Under the pieces are notes generated by a model. The model was not told where the DNA came from. It searched no databases and saw only the letters and a list, made by a program, of their open reading frames with translations. The translations under genes were made by a program, and so were the position numbers. Shown piece after piece: positions 8,863-18,655 of a DNA stretch of 64,000 nucleotides; the stretch's first letter is position 1, and every line of letters begins with the position of its first letter. Source of the DNA: Christensenellaceae bacterium. Its GTDB lineage: Bacteria > Bacillota > Clostridia > Christensenellales > CAG-138. Location: NCBI GenBank assembly GCA_963675855.1, contig OY776633.1, positions 96,901 to 160,900 of the forward strand, in the 5' to 3' direction.

Positions 8863-11514
8863 TTATATGCCGCTCCTTTGTGCGAGCATATCAAGCGCGG
8901 CGTTCGTCTGTTCGTCCGTAAAGCAATAGCCGAGCTTCGTATGTCCCGCGCGGAGTTTTGCCACTTCCTCCGCGATGGGTTTATCCTTCAGCGCGCAGTC
9001 GGCGATAAGCTGCGCAAGCTTTGCAAACTGCTCCGGCCCGAATCCAAAGCGCGTCATCTCCGATACGCCGAGGCGCAGCGCGCCGCTTGCGGTAAAGCCC
9101 TCTTCCTCGGGCGTTGCCTGATAGTTGACGATCACATTGTTCTCCTCGAGCCGCTCGGCGATCTCCGGCCCCGTGCCATAGCCGGTCTTCACGATGACCT
9201 GGTGCGTCTCGGTGTAGTCGATCGCAAGATCGCCCGCAACGTCCAGCCCGGCGGCTTTCAGGCTCTTTGCAAACGACTTGGCGTTGGCGATCACGTTTTT
9301 TTGATACGTGTCTCCGAATTCGTTCATCTCGTACGCCGCCATCAAAAGGCCCACGACCGTGCCAAGATGGTGGTTGCTCACCGCGCCCGGGAACGCGCGC
9401 GTCTGGATCGTCTTCCAGAGATCGTACTTCAGCTCTTCTTCCTTGTAGTTGACCGCGATCACGCCGCGCTGCGGGCCGAAGAACGTCTTGTGCGTCGAGC
9501 CGGTAACGATCTCCGCGCCCTCTTCAAACGGCTGCTGGAAGTGCGGCCCGACGAGGCCGAGCACATGCGCCATGTCGTACATGATCGTAGTGGGGATCTT
9601 CATCCCGTCCACAAACGCCCTGATCTCGCGCACGGGTTCTTTGTGCAGAACCATCGACTTGCCGAAGATGATGAACTCCGGCCGGTAGCGCTCGATGACT
9701 TTCTTCGTCTCCTCCACGTCGATCTTGAAGAGATTGTCCCGGCAGACGGGGAAGTTGACCACGGCGGGCCGCTCCGTTTCGGGGTCGATCGCAACATAGT
9801 CGTGCAGCGCGCCCATCGGCTGGGCGCTGAGGTGTCCGCCCTTGATGATGTGGTTGTTGAGAATGTAGCCGAGGCGCTTTGGCGTGTGTTTGCGGTCGAC
9901 CCGGTTTTTGAAATCCATCAACGCGGAGAACACCGTTGTGTTGCTCATCTGCCCGCTGATGATGCGCGCTTCGACCTCCGTGCAGTTGAAATATTTTCGC
10001 AGCTCCGCAACCAGCGCGCGTTCGACTTCGTCGATAAACTTCGTGCCCTGATAATAGAACACCTCGTGGTCGTAGAACGACGCGGTCTTTTTATGCTCGG
10101 CATAGCGAAAGCTCGGATCGCTGCCGGAAAGCAGCCGCACCGCGCGCGAAGCGGTCATCTCAGAGGGGATGAGGTTGATGCAGCGCTCCTGACGCCAGGC
10201 ATGGTTGTCCGCCGCTTTTTTTAAGAGCGTCAGCGCGCTTGCCGGCAGATCGGCTGAGGGGTTATCTTTTGGCTCCTCCGGCGCGTCCGCGACGATTGGG
10301 CGCGCATACGGCGGCGCGTCGCCGCGCAGATGCCAGGCGGGCACTACCGCGGAAACGAGGCTGCCGCGAATCTCCACCTCGACCGCGTCGTCGGTGAGGA
10401 TGTCCGAATCCAGCAGCGCCAGGCCGATGGATCTTAACGCCTTCTGATCGGTGAACTTCTCTAAAAGGCTGCCCTGGTTTTCCACCAGATACCGCGGCAC
10501 CATGGTTCCGCTGGTGACATACCCGATCTCTTTTCCGTCCTTGAACACGGGGAATCCCGCGCGCAGCACGCCGCGTCCGGTCAGCGCGACCGGACGCACC
10601 CTGCGCGGCAGCGCACGTGTATCTGAAAAATCGCGGTTGAGGATGCGGCTGCTCGCGGCGAACTGCTGTTCCAGCGGCGCGCGGCCGATCATATTTTTCT
10701 TTTCCCCGGCAAAACTCACGGCAAAGCGCGCCAGCGAGATAGCGAAAATCGGAATCTCGTTTCCATCCTTATCGATCCCCAGTTCATGGCCGTAGAGCGG
10801 CAAGCCCGCTTCAAGGCGCAGCGTGTCTCGCGCGCCGAGGCCGTTCGGCTTTGCGCCGCGCTTGACCAGTTCGTCCCAGAGGAACACGCCATCCTCGCGC
10901 AGCGCGAAGATCTCGTAGCCCACGGGTTCGCCGGTGTAGCCGGTCTTGGCGATGTGCGCCGTTTTACCGCAGAGCTTCACGGTGCCGAGCGCGTTTTTCA
11001 CCGGCTCGGTCAAAAACGCGCCCTCCGCCATGTCGCTGAGTATCTGTTTGGATTTCGGGCCCTGCAGGGAAAGCAGCGCGACGGCTTCCGATTTATTCTC
11101 AATCTGCGCGTCGAACGCTTTGATCTCGTTTGTCAGGTGCGCCCAGTCCTTTTCGGCGTTCGCCGCGTTGACCACGAGGATATACGCATCCTCGACGAAG
11201 CGATACAGATACGCGTCGTCGACCGCTCCGCCGGTTTCGTTCGGAATGATGGCATACTGCGCCTGGTCTAGTTCCAGCGCGGAGACGTTGCTGCTCAGCA
11301 CGTGCTGCAAAAACGCCTTGGCGTCCTTGCCGGTGATGCGGAAGCGCCCCATGTGGCTCACGTCGAACAATCCGCAGCCGCTCCGGGTCGCGAGGTGCTC
11401 GGTCACGATGCCTTCGGGATACTGAATCGGCATCTCCCAGCCGCCGAAGTCAACCATGGTCGCGCCCGCCGCTACGTGGCGCTCGTAAAATACCGTCCGT
11501 TTCAATTCGCTCAT
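8863..11514 (-). CDS. gcvT: Fused glycine cleavage T protein (aminomethyltransferase) and serine hydroxymethyltransferase
   Basis: N-half GcvT: FGGWEMP, FDVSHMG, TGYTGE.GYE, GLGARDTLRLEAGLPLYGHEL. C-half SHMT: NLIPSE, YYQG, GGHLS, DMAH, GSTHKTFFGPQ, LRLG. One continuous 883-aa frame. Confidence 0.92.
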   Translation of the reverse strand: MSELKRTVFYERHVAAGATMVDFGGWEMPIQYPEGIVTEHLATRSGCGLFDVSHMGRFRITGKDAKAFLQHVLSSNVSALELDQAQYAIIPNETGGAVDDAYLYRFVEDAYILVVNAANAEKDWAHLTNEIKAFDAQIENKSEAVALLSLQGPKSKQILSDMAEGAFLTEPVKNALGTVKLCGKTAHIAKTGYTGEPVGYEIFALREDGVFLWDELVKRGAKPNGLGARDTLRLEAGLPLYGHELGIDKDGNEIPIFAISLARFAVSFAGEKKNMIGRAPLEQQFAASSRILNRDFSDTRALPRRVRPVALTGRGVLRAGFPVFKDGKEIGYVTSGTMVPRYLVENQGSLLEKFTDQKALRSIGLALLDSDILTDDAVEVEIRGSLVSAVVPAWHLRGDAPPYARPIVADAPEEPKDNPSADLPASALTLLKKAADNHAWRQERCINLIPSEMTASRAVRLLSGSDPSFRYAEHKKTASFYDHEVFYYQGTKFIDEVERALVAELRKYFNCTEVEARIISGQMSNTTVFSALMDFKNRVDRKHTPKRLGYILNNHIIKGGHLSAQPMGALHDYVAIDPETERPAVVNFPVCRDNLFKIDVEETKKVIERYRPEFIIFGKSMVLHKEPVREIRAFVDGMKIPTTIMYDMAHVLGLVGPHFQQPFEEGAEIVTGSTHKTFFGPQRGVIAVNYKEEELKYDLWKTIQTRAFPGAVSNHHLGTVVGLLMAAYEMNEFGDTYQKNVIANAKSFAKSLKAAGLDVAGDLAIDYTETHQVIVKTGYGTGPEIAERLEENNVIVNYQATPEEEGFTASGALRLGVSEMTRFGFGPEQFAKLAQLIADCALKDKPIAEEVAKLRAGHTKLGYCFTDEQTNAALDMLAQRSGI

Positions 11515-12959
11515 ATCGCTTCCTCCGGAAATTCATATCTGAGTATGGGGTTTCGCGCGGCGCCGACCTCGTCCGGCCGCCCGATGGGCGTGGTCACGGG
11601 AGAGGCGTGCAGCGCCTCCGGTTCCGTCTTTGCGCGCGCGAGAATGGTTTTAACCGCCTCCGCCGCGGCATCGAGCGTCTCTTTGCCTTCCGTCTCGGTG
11701 GGTTCGAACATGAGCGCCTCGTGCACAATCAGCGGGAAATACATCGTCGGCGGGTGCATGCCGTAATCGATCATGGATTTCGCCATGTCCATCGCGCTCA
11801 CACCCGTCTCTTTTTTGAGCGCTTCGAGCGAGACGACGAACTCATGCATGCAGAAGCCTTCGTTCGCGGCGGGCAAAATGTCTTTCAGCAGCGCGCGCAG
11901 ATAGTTGGCGTTGAGCACCGCGTTTTCGCTGGCCTCTTTCAACCCGTCGCCGCCGAGCATGGTGATATAGGTCAGCGCGCGGAGCACGACGAGGAAGTTG
12001 CCGTAAAACGACTTCATGCGGCCGACGCTCCCTTCCGGATCGGTGAATCCGAACGTACCGTCCGCTTTCCGCACCGGCAGGCGGTTTGGCAGATACGGCG
12101 TCAGGCATTCCTTGCAGCCGACCGCGCCCGCGCCGGGTCCGCCGCCGCCGTGCGGTGTGGAAAACGTCTTATGAAGATTGAGGTGCACAGCGTCAAAGCC
12201 CATGTCGCCCGGGCGCGCCGCGCCCATGACGGCGTTCATATTCGCGCCGTCGTAGTAGCAAAGCCCGCCCGCGCCGTGCACGATGTTGGTGATTTCGAGT
12301 ATGTTTTTATCGAAGATGCCGAGCGTGTTGGGGTTGGTCAGCATCAGTCCGGCGGTGTCGGGTCCGACCGCCGCGCGCAGCGCGGAAAGGTCGACCGTTC
12401 CGTCCGGCGCGGACGGGATGTTGACCACCGAAAAGCCGGTCATGCTCGCGGTCGCGGGGTTCGTTCCGTGCGCGGAATCCGGCACGATGATCTTTGTTCG
12501 CGCTTCGTCGCCGCGCGCTTTGTGATAGCGTTTCATCAGCAGCAGGCCGAGAAACTCGCCGTGCGCGCCCGCCGCGGGCTGGAAGGTCATCTCGTCCATG
12601 CCCACGAGCGTGCAGAGCAGTTCTTTTGCGCGCACGAGCGCTTCGATCGCGCCCTGCGCGGTTTCGGCGGGCTGAAGCGGGTGGATTCCGGTGAACCCTT
12701 CCAGAGATGCCGCCTGTTCGTTGACGGCGGGATTGTATTTCATGGTGCAGGAGCCCAGCGGGTAGAACCCGTCGTTGACGCCGTACACCTGCGTTTCCAG
12801 TTCGGAGAAGTGGCGGCTCACATCCGTTTCGCCCAGCTCCGGCAGGCGCGGCGGCGTCTTTCGCAGCAGCGATGTGTCGATTGCGGCGCGCGGCGCGCGC
12901 GATTCGGGTACGCGGACGCCTCTTCTGCCTGATACGCTTCGTTCAAACGATAGTCTCAT
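11511..12959 (-). CDS. gcvPB: Glycine dehydrogenase (decarboxylating) subunit 2
   Basis: YPLGSCTMKYNP, PAAGAHGE, SAHGTNPA, LNLHKTFSTPHGGGGPG; ATG 12959 behind GGCGGTGAG. Confidence 0.95.
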   Translation of the reverse strand: MRLSFERSVSGRRGVRVPESRAPRAAIDTSLLRKTPPRLPELGETDVSRHFSELETQVYGVNDGFYPLGSCTMKYNPAVNEQAASLEGFTGIHPLQPAETAQGAIEALVRAKELLCTLVGMDEMTFQPAAGAHGEFLGLLLMKRYHKARGDEARTKIIVPDSAHGTNPATASMTGFSVVNIPSAPDGTVDLSALRAAVGPDTAGLMLTNPNTLGIFDKNILEITNIVHGAGGLCYYDGANMNAVMGAARPGDMGFDAVHLNLHKTFSTPHGGGGPGAGAVGCKECLTPYLPNRLPVRKADGTFGFTDPEGSVGRMKSFYGNFLVVLRALTYITMLGGDGLKEASENAVLNANYLRALLKDILPAANEGFCMHEFVVSLEALKKETGVSAMDMAKSMIDYGMHPPTMYFPLIVHEALMFEPTETEGKETLDAAAEAVKTILARAKTEPEALHASPVTTPIGRPDEVGAARNPILRYEFPEEAI

Positions 12960-14287
12960 ATGCTCACCGCCTTTACCGTCTCGACCAGCGCGTCGATCTG
13001 AGATTTCGTGTTGCGCTCCGTCGCGCACCAGAGGATGCCTCCTTCGACGGGCAGCCCGCCGAGGACTCCCTTTTCCTCCAGCGCTTTGAGCGCCTTTTCC
13101 GCAAGGCCGGCGGGCGTTTTCGTCACGAATTCGTGAAAGAACGGCGTGTCCGGGTAAGCCGGTTCAAATCCATTGATCGTTCCAAGCTCAGACGCGAGGT
13201 AATGCGCGTTGTCGTAACATGCGCGCGCAACCTCCGCAAGGCCCCGCGGGCCCATTGCGGAGCAGTATGCCGCGGCGGTTAAGGCGCAGAGCGCCTGATT
13301 GGAACAGATGTTGCTGCTCGCTTTTTCTCTGCGGATGTGCTGCTCGCGCGCCTGGAGCGTCAGCACAAAGCAGCGCCTGCCCTCGGCGTCCGCCGTCTGT
13401 CCAACGATGCGTCCCGGCAGTTTGCGGACCATGTCCTTCTTGCAGGCCATGAATCCGAGGAAAGGACCGCCGAAGCTCAGCGGCATACCAAGCGGCTGCC
13501 CGTCGCCGATGGCGACGTCCGCGCCGCACTCTCCCGGCGAGCGTAAGAGCGCCATGGCGGTCGGGTTCATGCTGACCACGAGCTTCGCGCCAGCCGCGTG
13601 CACAAGCTCGGCAACGGCAGGCACGTCCTCTACGACGCCGAAGTAGTTTGGAGACTGAATGATGAGGCTGGCCGCGCCGCCATGCAGCGCGGTTTTCAGC
13701 GCGTCGAGATCGAGCCTGCCGTTTTTATTCGGCACGACGGCGGTTTGAGCGCCCGCGCCGAAACAGTAAGTATTCACGGTTTCTATGGATTCGGGATTGA
13801 GCCCTTCCGCGAGCAGCGTCAGCGTACGGCTGCGCTCGCGGCACATGGCCGCGGCTTCGGCGGCGGCGCTCGCGCCGTCGTAGACCGAGGCGTTGCCGGC
13901 GTCCATGCCGGTGAGTTCACACAGTATGGTCTGATATTCGAAGATCGTCTGGAGTATGCCCTGGCTGATCTCCGGCTGGTAGGGCGTATACGCGGTGACG
14001 AACGCTTCCTTCGCGCTGACGCGGCTCACCACGGCGGGGATGTGGTGCCAGTATGCGCCCGCGCCGCGAAATACGGCGGAGAACACACGGTTTTTGTTTG
14101 CCAGCGCGCGCATCTGATCGAGCGCTTCAAACTCCGAAACGCCGTTCGGCATGGCGGCTACCGCTTCGGCGGCTTTTTCCCGCATGGCCTGCGGGATATC
14201 GGCATACAACTCATCGACGGCCAAAACGCCTACTGCGTTCAGCATCTGCTTGCGCTGGGTATCGGTGGACGGCAGAAAATTGCCCAA
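12956..14287 (-). CDS. gcvPA: Glycine dehydrogenase (decarboxylating) subunit 1
   Basis: TAYTPYQPEISQG, NASVYDGASA, QAREQHIRREKASSNICSNQ; TTG 14287 behind AAGGAGG. Confidence 0.95.
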   Translation of the reverse strand: MGNFLPSTDTQRKQMLNAVGVLAVDELYADIPQAMREKAAEAVAAMPNGVSEFEALDQMRALANKNRVFSAVFRGAGAYWHHIPAVVSRVSAKEAFVTAYTPYQPEISQGILQTIFEYQTILCELTGMDAGNASVYDGASAAAEAAAMCRERSRTLTLLAEGLNPESIETVNTYCFGAGAQTAVVPNKNGRLDLDALKTALHGGAASLIIQSPNYFGVVEDVPAVAELVHAAGAKLVVSMNPTAMALLRSPGECGADVAIGDGQPLGMPLSFGGPFLGFMACKKDMVRKLPGRIVGQTADAEGRRCFVLTLQAREQHIRREKASSNICSNQALCALTAAAYCSAMGPRGLAEVARACYDNAHYLASELGTINGFEPAYPDTPFFHEFVTKTPAGLAEKALKALEEKGVLGGLPVEGGILWCATERNTKSQIDALVETVKAVSI

Positions 14288-14382
14288 AGCAATCCCTCCT
14301 TCTATGACGGATTCCATGATTTGGTCAGGATGTTTTTCATTCAAAGTCAACCAGCTTCCGCTTGGGGAGATTGTTGGAAGAA

Positions 14383-14760
14383 TTACCCCTCCGTGCAGAA
14401 AGCCTCGTAAGCGGCGGCGTCCATCAGCTCCGCCGTCGCGGTCACGTCCGTCACCTCGACCAGCCATGATCCGTACGGATCGGCGTTGATCGATTCCGGC
14501 GCGTCGGAAAGCGCGTCGTTAACGGCGCTCACCTTGCCGCTCACGGGGCTGAGCACTTCCGAAACGGCCTTGACGCTCTCCACGTCGCCGAGGGATGCGT
14601 CCGCGCTCAGCGCGTCGCCCGCCTGCGGCAGGTCGATGAAAACGATATCGCCCAGGGACTGCTGGGCAAAGTCGCTCAGCCCTACGCGGTAAGCGCCGTT
14701 GCCAAGGTCTAAGAGCCATTCGTGGGAGTTTGTGTATTTGCGGTCGTCGAGCAGTGTCAT
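14383..14760 (-). CDS. gcvH: Glycine cleavage system H protein
   Basis: KYTNSHEW, GLSDFAQ..LGDIVF, VESVKAVS (lipoyl Lys), INADPYGSWL; ATG 14760 behind GGAGGG. Confidence 0.95.
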   Translation of the reverse strand: MTLLDDRKYTNSHEWLLDLGNGAYRVGLSDFAQQSLGDIVFIDLPQAGDALSADASLGDVESVKAVSEVLSPVSGKVSAVNDALSDAPESINADPYGSWLVEVTDVTATAELMDAAAYEAFCTEG

Positions 14761-14801
14761 GATGTTTCCCTCCGTGTTTTTTAAATTTGTCATGCCGGCC
14801 A

Positions 14802-15016
14802 TAAAAAAACAGGACGCGCGAACCAGTTCGCGCGCCCCGTATCTGTACCTGAAAGATTCTTCCGCAATCGCTGATATAAGTCCTGCGGAATTGCCTCGTC
14901 GGTGCTGAAAACAGCTTTCCGAAGCTTCGTCGAGCACCGGTCCTTTTGCCTGAGAGTTTATTGCGTAATCCCCTTCGGCTCTACTTTGTCGTAGTCTCTC
15001 CCGATGCCGTCATCCG
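14802..15016 (-). ncRNA. Tandem glycine riboswitch with terminator expression platform
   Basis: Aptamer 1 GGAGAGA..CCGAAGG..CTCTCAGG-CAAAAGGAC; aptamer 2 GGAAAG..CCGACGAGGCAA..CTTTCAGGTAC; then GGGGCGCGCGAAC-TG-GTTCGCGCGTCC-TGTTTTTTT. TTGACA-18-TACACT promoter at 15067-15038. Confidence 0.92.
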
Positions 15017-15241
15017 AATATTCTTTTTTACGCAGTCAGTGTATCGTATTTTTATACCGACTGTCAACGTCAAAAAGAGAAGTTTTTGCCGCCGGGCCCG
15101 CTATGTCACGCGCGCGCCGACCGTGCGAAAGTCACAAAAACGCCGGGATTTCCGTGTTGCAATGCCGTGTTTCCTATGTTAATATTGTTTGATACTGGCG
15201 TATTATGCCAATTTATTGAGAGACGTTCGTTGGAGGAGTAC

Positions 15242-16666
15242 ATGGCAACCTTTGAAAAACTGGAAAACAACCGCGCAAAACTGACCATCACCGTTTCACC
15301 GGAAACGTTCGGTCCGGCCGTACAGAAAGCATACCAGAAAACCGCGAACCAATACAACGTTCCGGGCTTTCGCAAGGGCAAGGCCCCGCGCAAGGTCATT
15401 GAAAACATGTATGGCGAAGGCGCGTTCTACGAAGAAGCGTTTGAAATCGTCTGGGGCGACGCGTACGACGCCGCGCTGGAAGAGCACAAGCTCACCGCCG
15501 TGGACAAGCCTTCCCTGGATATCACCACCATCAGCGGCGCGGACGGCGTCGTATTCACCGCACAGGTGCAGCTGAAACCCGAGGTCACCCTCGGCGCCTA
15601 TAAAAAGCTCGAAGTACCCGAGCCGGATTTCACCGTGCAAGATGAAGCGGTTATGGCCGAGATCGAGAAGGAACGCGAAAAGAACGCACGCTTTATTGAA
15701 GTCGACCGCGCCGTGGAAAACGGCGACCGTGTGATGCTGGACTATTCCGGCAGCGTAAACGGCGAGAAGTTCGACGGCGGCACCGCCGAAGATCAGCTTC
15801 TGGTCATCGGTTCCGGTTCGTTCATCCCCGGATTTGAAGAGCAGCTCGTGGGTATGAAAGCAGGCGAGGAAAAGGATATCAACGTCAAGTTCCCGGACGA
15901 ATACTCCGCGCCGCTTGCCGGCAAGGACGCCGTGTTCGCCGTAAAGATCAAGGCCGTACAGGTGAAAGAGCTGCCCGAGCTGGACGACGAGTTCGCAAAG
16001 GACATATCCGACTTTGACACGTTCGAAGCGCTCAAGGCGGACAAGCGGGCGCAGATGGAAGAAAAAGCGGCAAAGAACCGCCAAACCGCCATCGAAAACA
16101 TCGCCCTGCAGAAGGCCGCGGACAACGCCATCGTCGACATTCCGGACGTGATGGTCGAGCGTCAGATCAGCTACATGCTGCGCGACATTGCGTATCAACT
16201 GAGCATGAGCGGGCTTTCGCTGGAGGATTACGTTAAATACTCCGGCACGGACATGAACGGCCTGAAGGAGAGTTACCGCACCGAAGCAACCGCACGCGTT
16301 AAGATGCAGCTCGTCATCGAAGCCATCGGCGAAAAAGAGGGCGTTTCCTGCACGGACGACGACGTCAAAGCCGTCATCGAAGAGTACGCGGCCGGCAGCG
16401 GCAAAAGCGTGGAAGAGTTTGAAACGTCGCTTTCCGACGACGACCGCGAATATTTTTCCGACAACGCGACGGCTCGTAAAACCGTTAAGATCGTAACCGA
16501 CAGCGCGGTGCTCGTCAAAGGCGAATCCGCCGAGAAGAAGCCCGCCAAAAAGGCCGCCGCCAAGAAACCGGCCGAAAAGAAGCCAGCAGAGAAAAAAACG
16601 GACGACGGCGAACCGGCGGAGAAGCCCGTTAAAAAAACCGCGAAGAAAGCCGAGCCAAAGGAGTAA
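15242..16666 (+). CDS. tig: Trigger factor
   Basis: PGFRKGKAP ribosome-binding motif, FKBP domain (FIPGFEEQLVG), ELDDEFAK; ATG behind GGAGGAG; Lys/Ala/Pro-rich tail. Confidence 0.96.
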   Translation: MATFEKLENNRAKLTITVSPETFGPAVQKAYQKTANQYNVPGFRKGKAPRKVIENMYGEGAFYEEAFEIVWGDAYDAALEEHKLTAVDKPSLDITTISGADGVVFTAQVQLKPEVTLGAYKKLEVPEPDFTVQDEAVMAEIEKEREKNARFIEVDRAVENGDRVMLDYSGSVNGEKFDGGTAEDQLLVIGSGSFIPGFEEQLVGMKAGEEKDINVKFPDEYSAPLAGKDAVFAVKIKAVQVKELPELDDEFAKDISDFDTFEALKADKRAQMEEKAAKNRQTAIENIALQKAADNAIVDIPDVMVERQISYMLRDIAYQLSMSGLSLEDYVKYSGTDMNGLKESYRTEATARVKMQLVIEAIGEKEGVSCTDDDVKAVIEEYAAGSGKSVEEFETSLSDDDREYFSDNATARKTVKIVTDSAVLVKGESAEKKPAKKAAAKKPAEKKPAEKKTDDGEPAEKPVKKTAKKAEPKE

Positions 16667-16717
16667 CATCCGGCGGACGGATCGAACACAGGGTTCCGAT
16701 ATAAGGAGAGAAACAGC

Positions 16718-17302
16718 ATGAACCTCATCCCGATGGTCGTCGAGCAGACCAACCAGGGCGAACGCAGCTACGACATCTACAGCCGCCTGCTCAAAGACCG
16801 CATCATCTTCATCGGCGGACAGATCGACGACGACGTGGCAAACATCGTCGTGGCGCAGATGCTCTTTTTGGAGGGCGACGACCCCGATAAAGACATCAAC
16901 CTCTACATCAACTCGCCCGGCGGCTCCGTGAGCGCGGGGCTTGCCATCTACGACACGATGCAGTACATTAAATGTGAGGTGTCGACCATCTGCGTTGGCC
17001 TCGCGGCGTCCATGGGCGCGTTTCTGCTCGCGGCGGGCGCAAAGGGCAAGCGCAAGGCGCTGCCCAACGCCGAGATCATGATCCATCAGGTCAGCGGCGG
17101 CGCGCACGGGCAGGCGACGGACATCAACATCCAGGCCGAACAGATACTCAAAATCAAAAAACGGCTCAATCAAATCCTGTCTGAGCGCACGGGCCAGAAA
17201 ATCGAGCGCGTCACGCAGGATACGGAGCGGGACAATTACATGAGCGCCGAGGAGGCGCGCGCATACGGATTGATCGACGAAGTCTTTCCGCCGCGCAGAT
17301 AA
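16718..17302 (+). CDS. clpP: ATP-dependent Clp protease proteolytic subunit
   Basis: [44 protein letters not shown]. Confidence 0.98.
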   Translation: MNLIPMVVEQTNQGERSYDIYSRLLKDRIIFIGGQIDDDVANIVVAQMLFLEGDDPDKDINLYINSPGGSVSAGLAIYDTMQYIKCEVSTICVGLAASMGAFLLAAGAKGKRKALPNAEIMIHQVSGGAHGQATDINIQAEQILKIKKRLNQILSERTGQKIERVTQDTERDNYMSAEEARAYGLIDEVFPPRR

Positions 17303-17320
17303 CCCGGAAAGGGGCAGGTT

Positions 17321-18592
17321 ATGACCAAGATAGAAGAATCGTCCACCGTGCGCTGTTCGTTTTGCGGCAAGGCGCAGGAGGACGTGCACCGCATCATCGC
17401 GGGACCCGGCGTGAACATCTGCAACGAGTGCGTCGAGCTCTGCCGCGAAATCATAGAGGAAGACGTCGAGGCCGAACCCATCGACCTGACGAATATCCCC
17501 AAGCCGCTGGAGATCGTCCATCAGCTCAGCCAGTACGTCATCGGCCAGGACACGGCCAAGCGCGCGCTGGCCGTCGCGGTGTACAACCATTATAAACGCA
17601 TCCACACGCCCGCTAAAAAGGACGACGACGTGGAGCTGCAAAAGAGCAACATCATCATGCTCGGGCCCACGGGCAGCGGCAAGACCATGCTCGCGCAGAC
17701 GCTCGCGCGCATTCTCAACGTGCCGTTTGCCGTAGCGGACGCGACCAGCCTCACCGAGGCGGGCTACGTCGGCGAGGATGTGGAAAACATTCTGCTCAAG
17801 CTCATCCAGGCCGCGGATTACGACGTGGACAAAGCCAGCAAGGGCATCATCTACATCGACGAAATCGACAAGATCGCCCGAAAGGGAGAAAACGTCTCCA
17901 TCACACGGGACGTCTCCGGCGAGGGCGTGCAGCAGGCGCTTTTGAAGATCCTCGAAGGCACCGTCGCTTCCGTTCCCCCGCAGGGCGGGCGCAAGCATCC
18001 GCACCAGGAGTTCATCCAGATCGACACGACGAACATCCTCTTTATCTGCGGCGGCGCGTTTTCGGGCATCGACAAGATCATCGAAAAGCGCATCGGGCAT
18101 AAGATCCTCGGCTTCGGCGCGGAGATTCAGAGCAGCGTGCAGAAGGACATCGGCGAGACGCTCAAAAGCACCCTGCCGGAAGATCTGCTCAAGTACGGCT
18201 TGATTCCGGAATTCGTCGGGCGCATGCCGATCATCGTCACCCTCGAAAACCTCGACGAAGAGGCGCTCATGCGCATCCTCACCGAGCCGAGGAACGCGCT
18301 GGCGCGGCAGTACCAGCGGCTGTTTGAAATGGACGGCGTCGATCTCGCGTTTGACGACGAAGCGCTGCGCGCCGTGGCGAAGAAGGCCATCGAGCGCAAG
18401 ACCGGCGCGCGCGGACTAAGGGCGATATTGGAAGACGTGATGCTGGACATCATGTTCGACATCCCCTCGCGCGAGGACGTCGGCTCCTGCCGCATCACCA
18501 AGGACGTGATCGACAAGTCCTGCCCGCCGCAAATGGCGGAAGGCGCCGGCGAAAAGAAGAACGCCGTCAAAAAACCCAAACAGTCGGCGTAA
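17321..18592 (+). CDS. clpX: ATP-dependent Clp protease ATPase ClpX
   Basis: CSFCGK...ICNECV zinc finger, [33 protein letters not shown] loop. Confidence 0.98.
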   Translation: MTKIEESSTVRCSFCGKAQEDVHRIIAGPGVNICNECVELCREIIEEDVEAEPIDLTNIPKPLEIVHQLSQYVIGQDTAKRALAVAVYNHYKRIHTPAKKDDDVELQKSNIIMLGPTGSGKTMLAQTLARILNVPFAVADATSLTEAGYVGEDVENILLKLIQAADYDVDKASKGIIYIDEIDKIARKGENVSITRDVSGEGVQQALLKILEGTVASVPPQGGRKHPHQEFIQIDTTNILFICGGAFSGIDKIIEKRIGHKILGFGAEIQSSVQKDIGETLKSTLPEDLLKYGLIPEFVGRMPIIVTLENLDEEALMRILTEPRNALARQYQRLFEMDGVDLAFDDEALRAVAKKAIERKTGARGLRAILEDVMLDIMFDIPSREDVGSCRITKDVIDKSCPPQMAEGAGEKKNAVKKPKQSA

Positions 18593-18603
18593 CGTAAAAA
18601 CAC

Positions 18604-18637
18604 AAAAAAACGAATCCGTTTGGGTTCGTTTTTTTTT
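18604..18637. terminator. Bidirectional terminator between clpX and the GT fusion gene
   Basis: A7-CGAATCC-GTTT-GGGTTCG-T9 between convergent genes. Confidence 0.85.
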
Positions 18638-18655
18638 GCGGTAATTTTGTTATAT

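Noticed and set aside
8878-14410. Long plus-strand ORFs opposite the gcv genes, and similar shadow ORFs across the window
   Set aside because: They are antisense shadows of well-supported genes, rich in Arg/Ala/His/Val, with no domain signatures.
16530-16666. Histone-H1-like KKPA tail on trigger factor
   Set aside because: Lys/Ala-rich tails are common on Firmicute trigger factors; no evidence for a separate function.
15296-18100. 934-aa antisense ORF spanning tig-clpP-clpX
   Set aside because: tig, clpP and clpX happen to share one frame (offsets 1476 and 603 are multiples of 3). High-GC codon bias removes antisense stops. No RBS or recognisable motifs.
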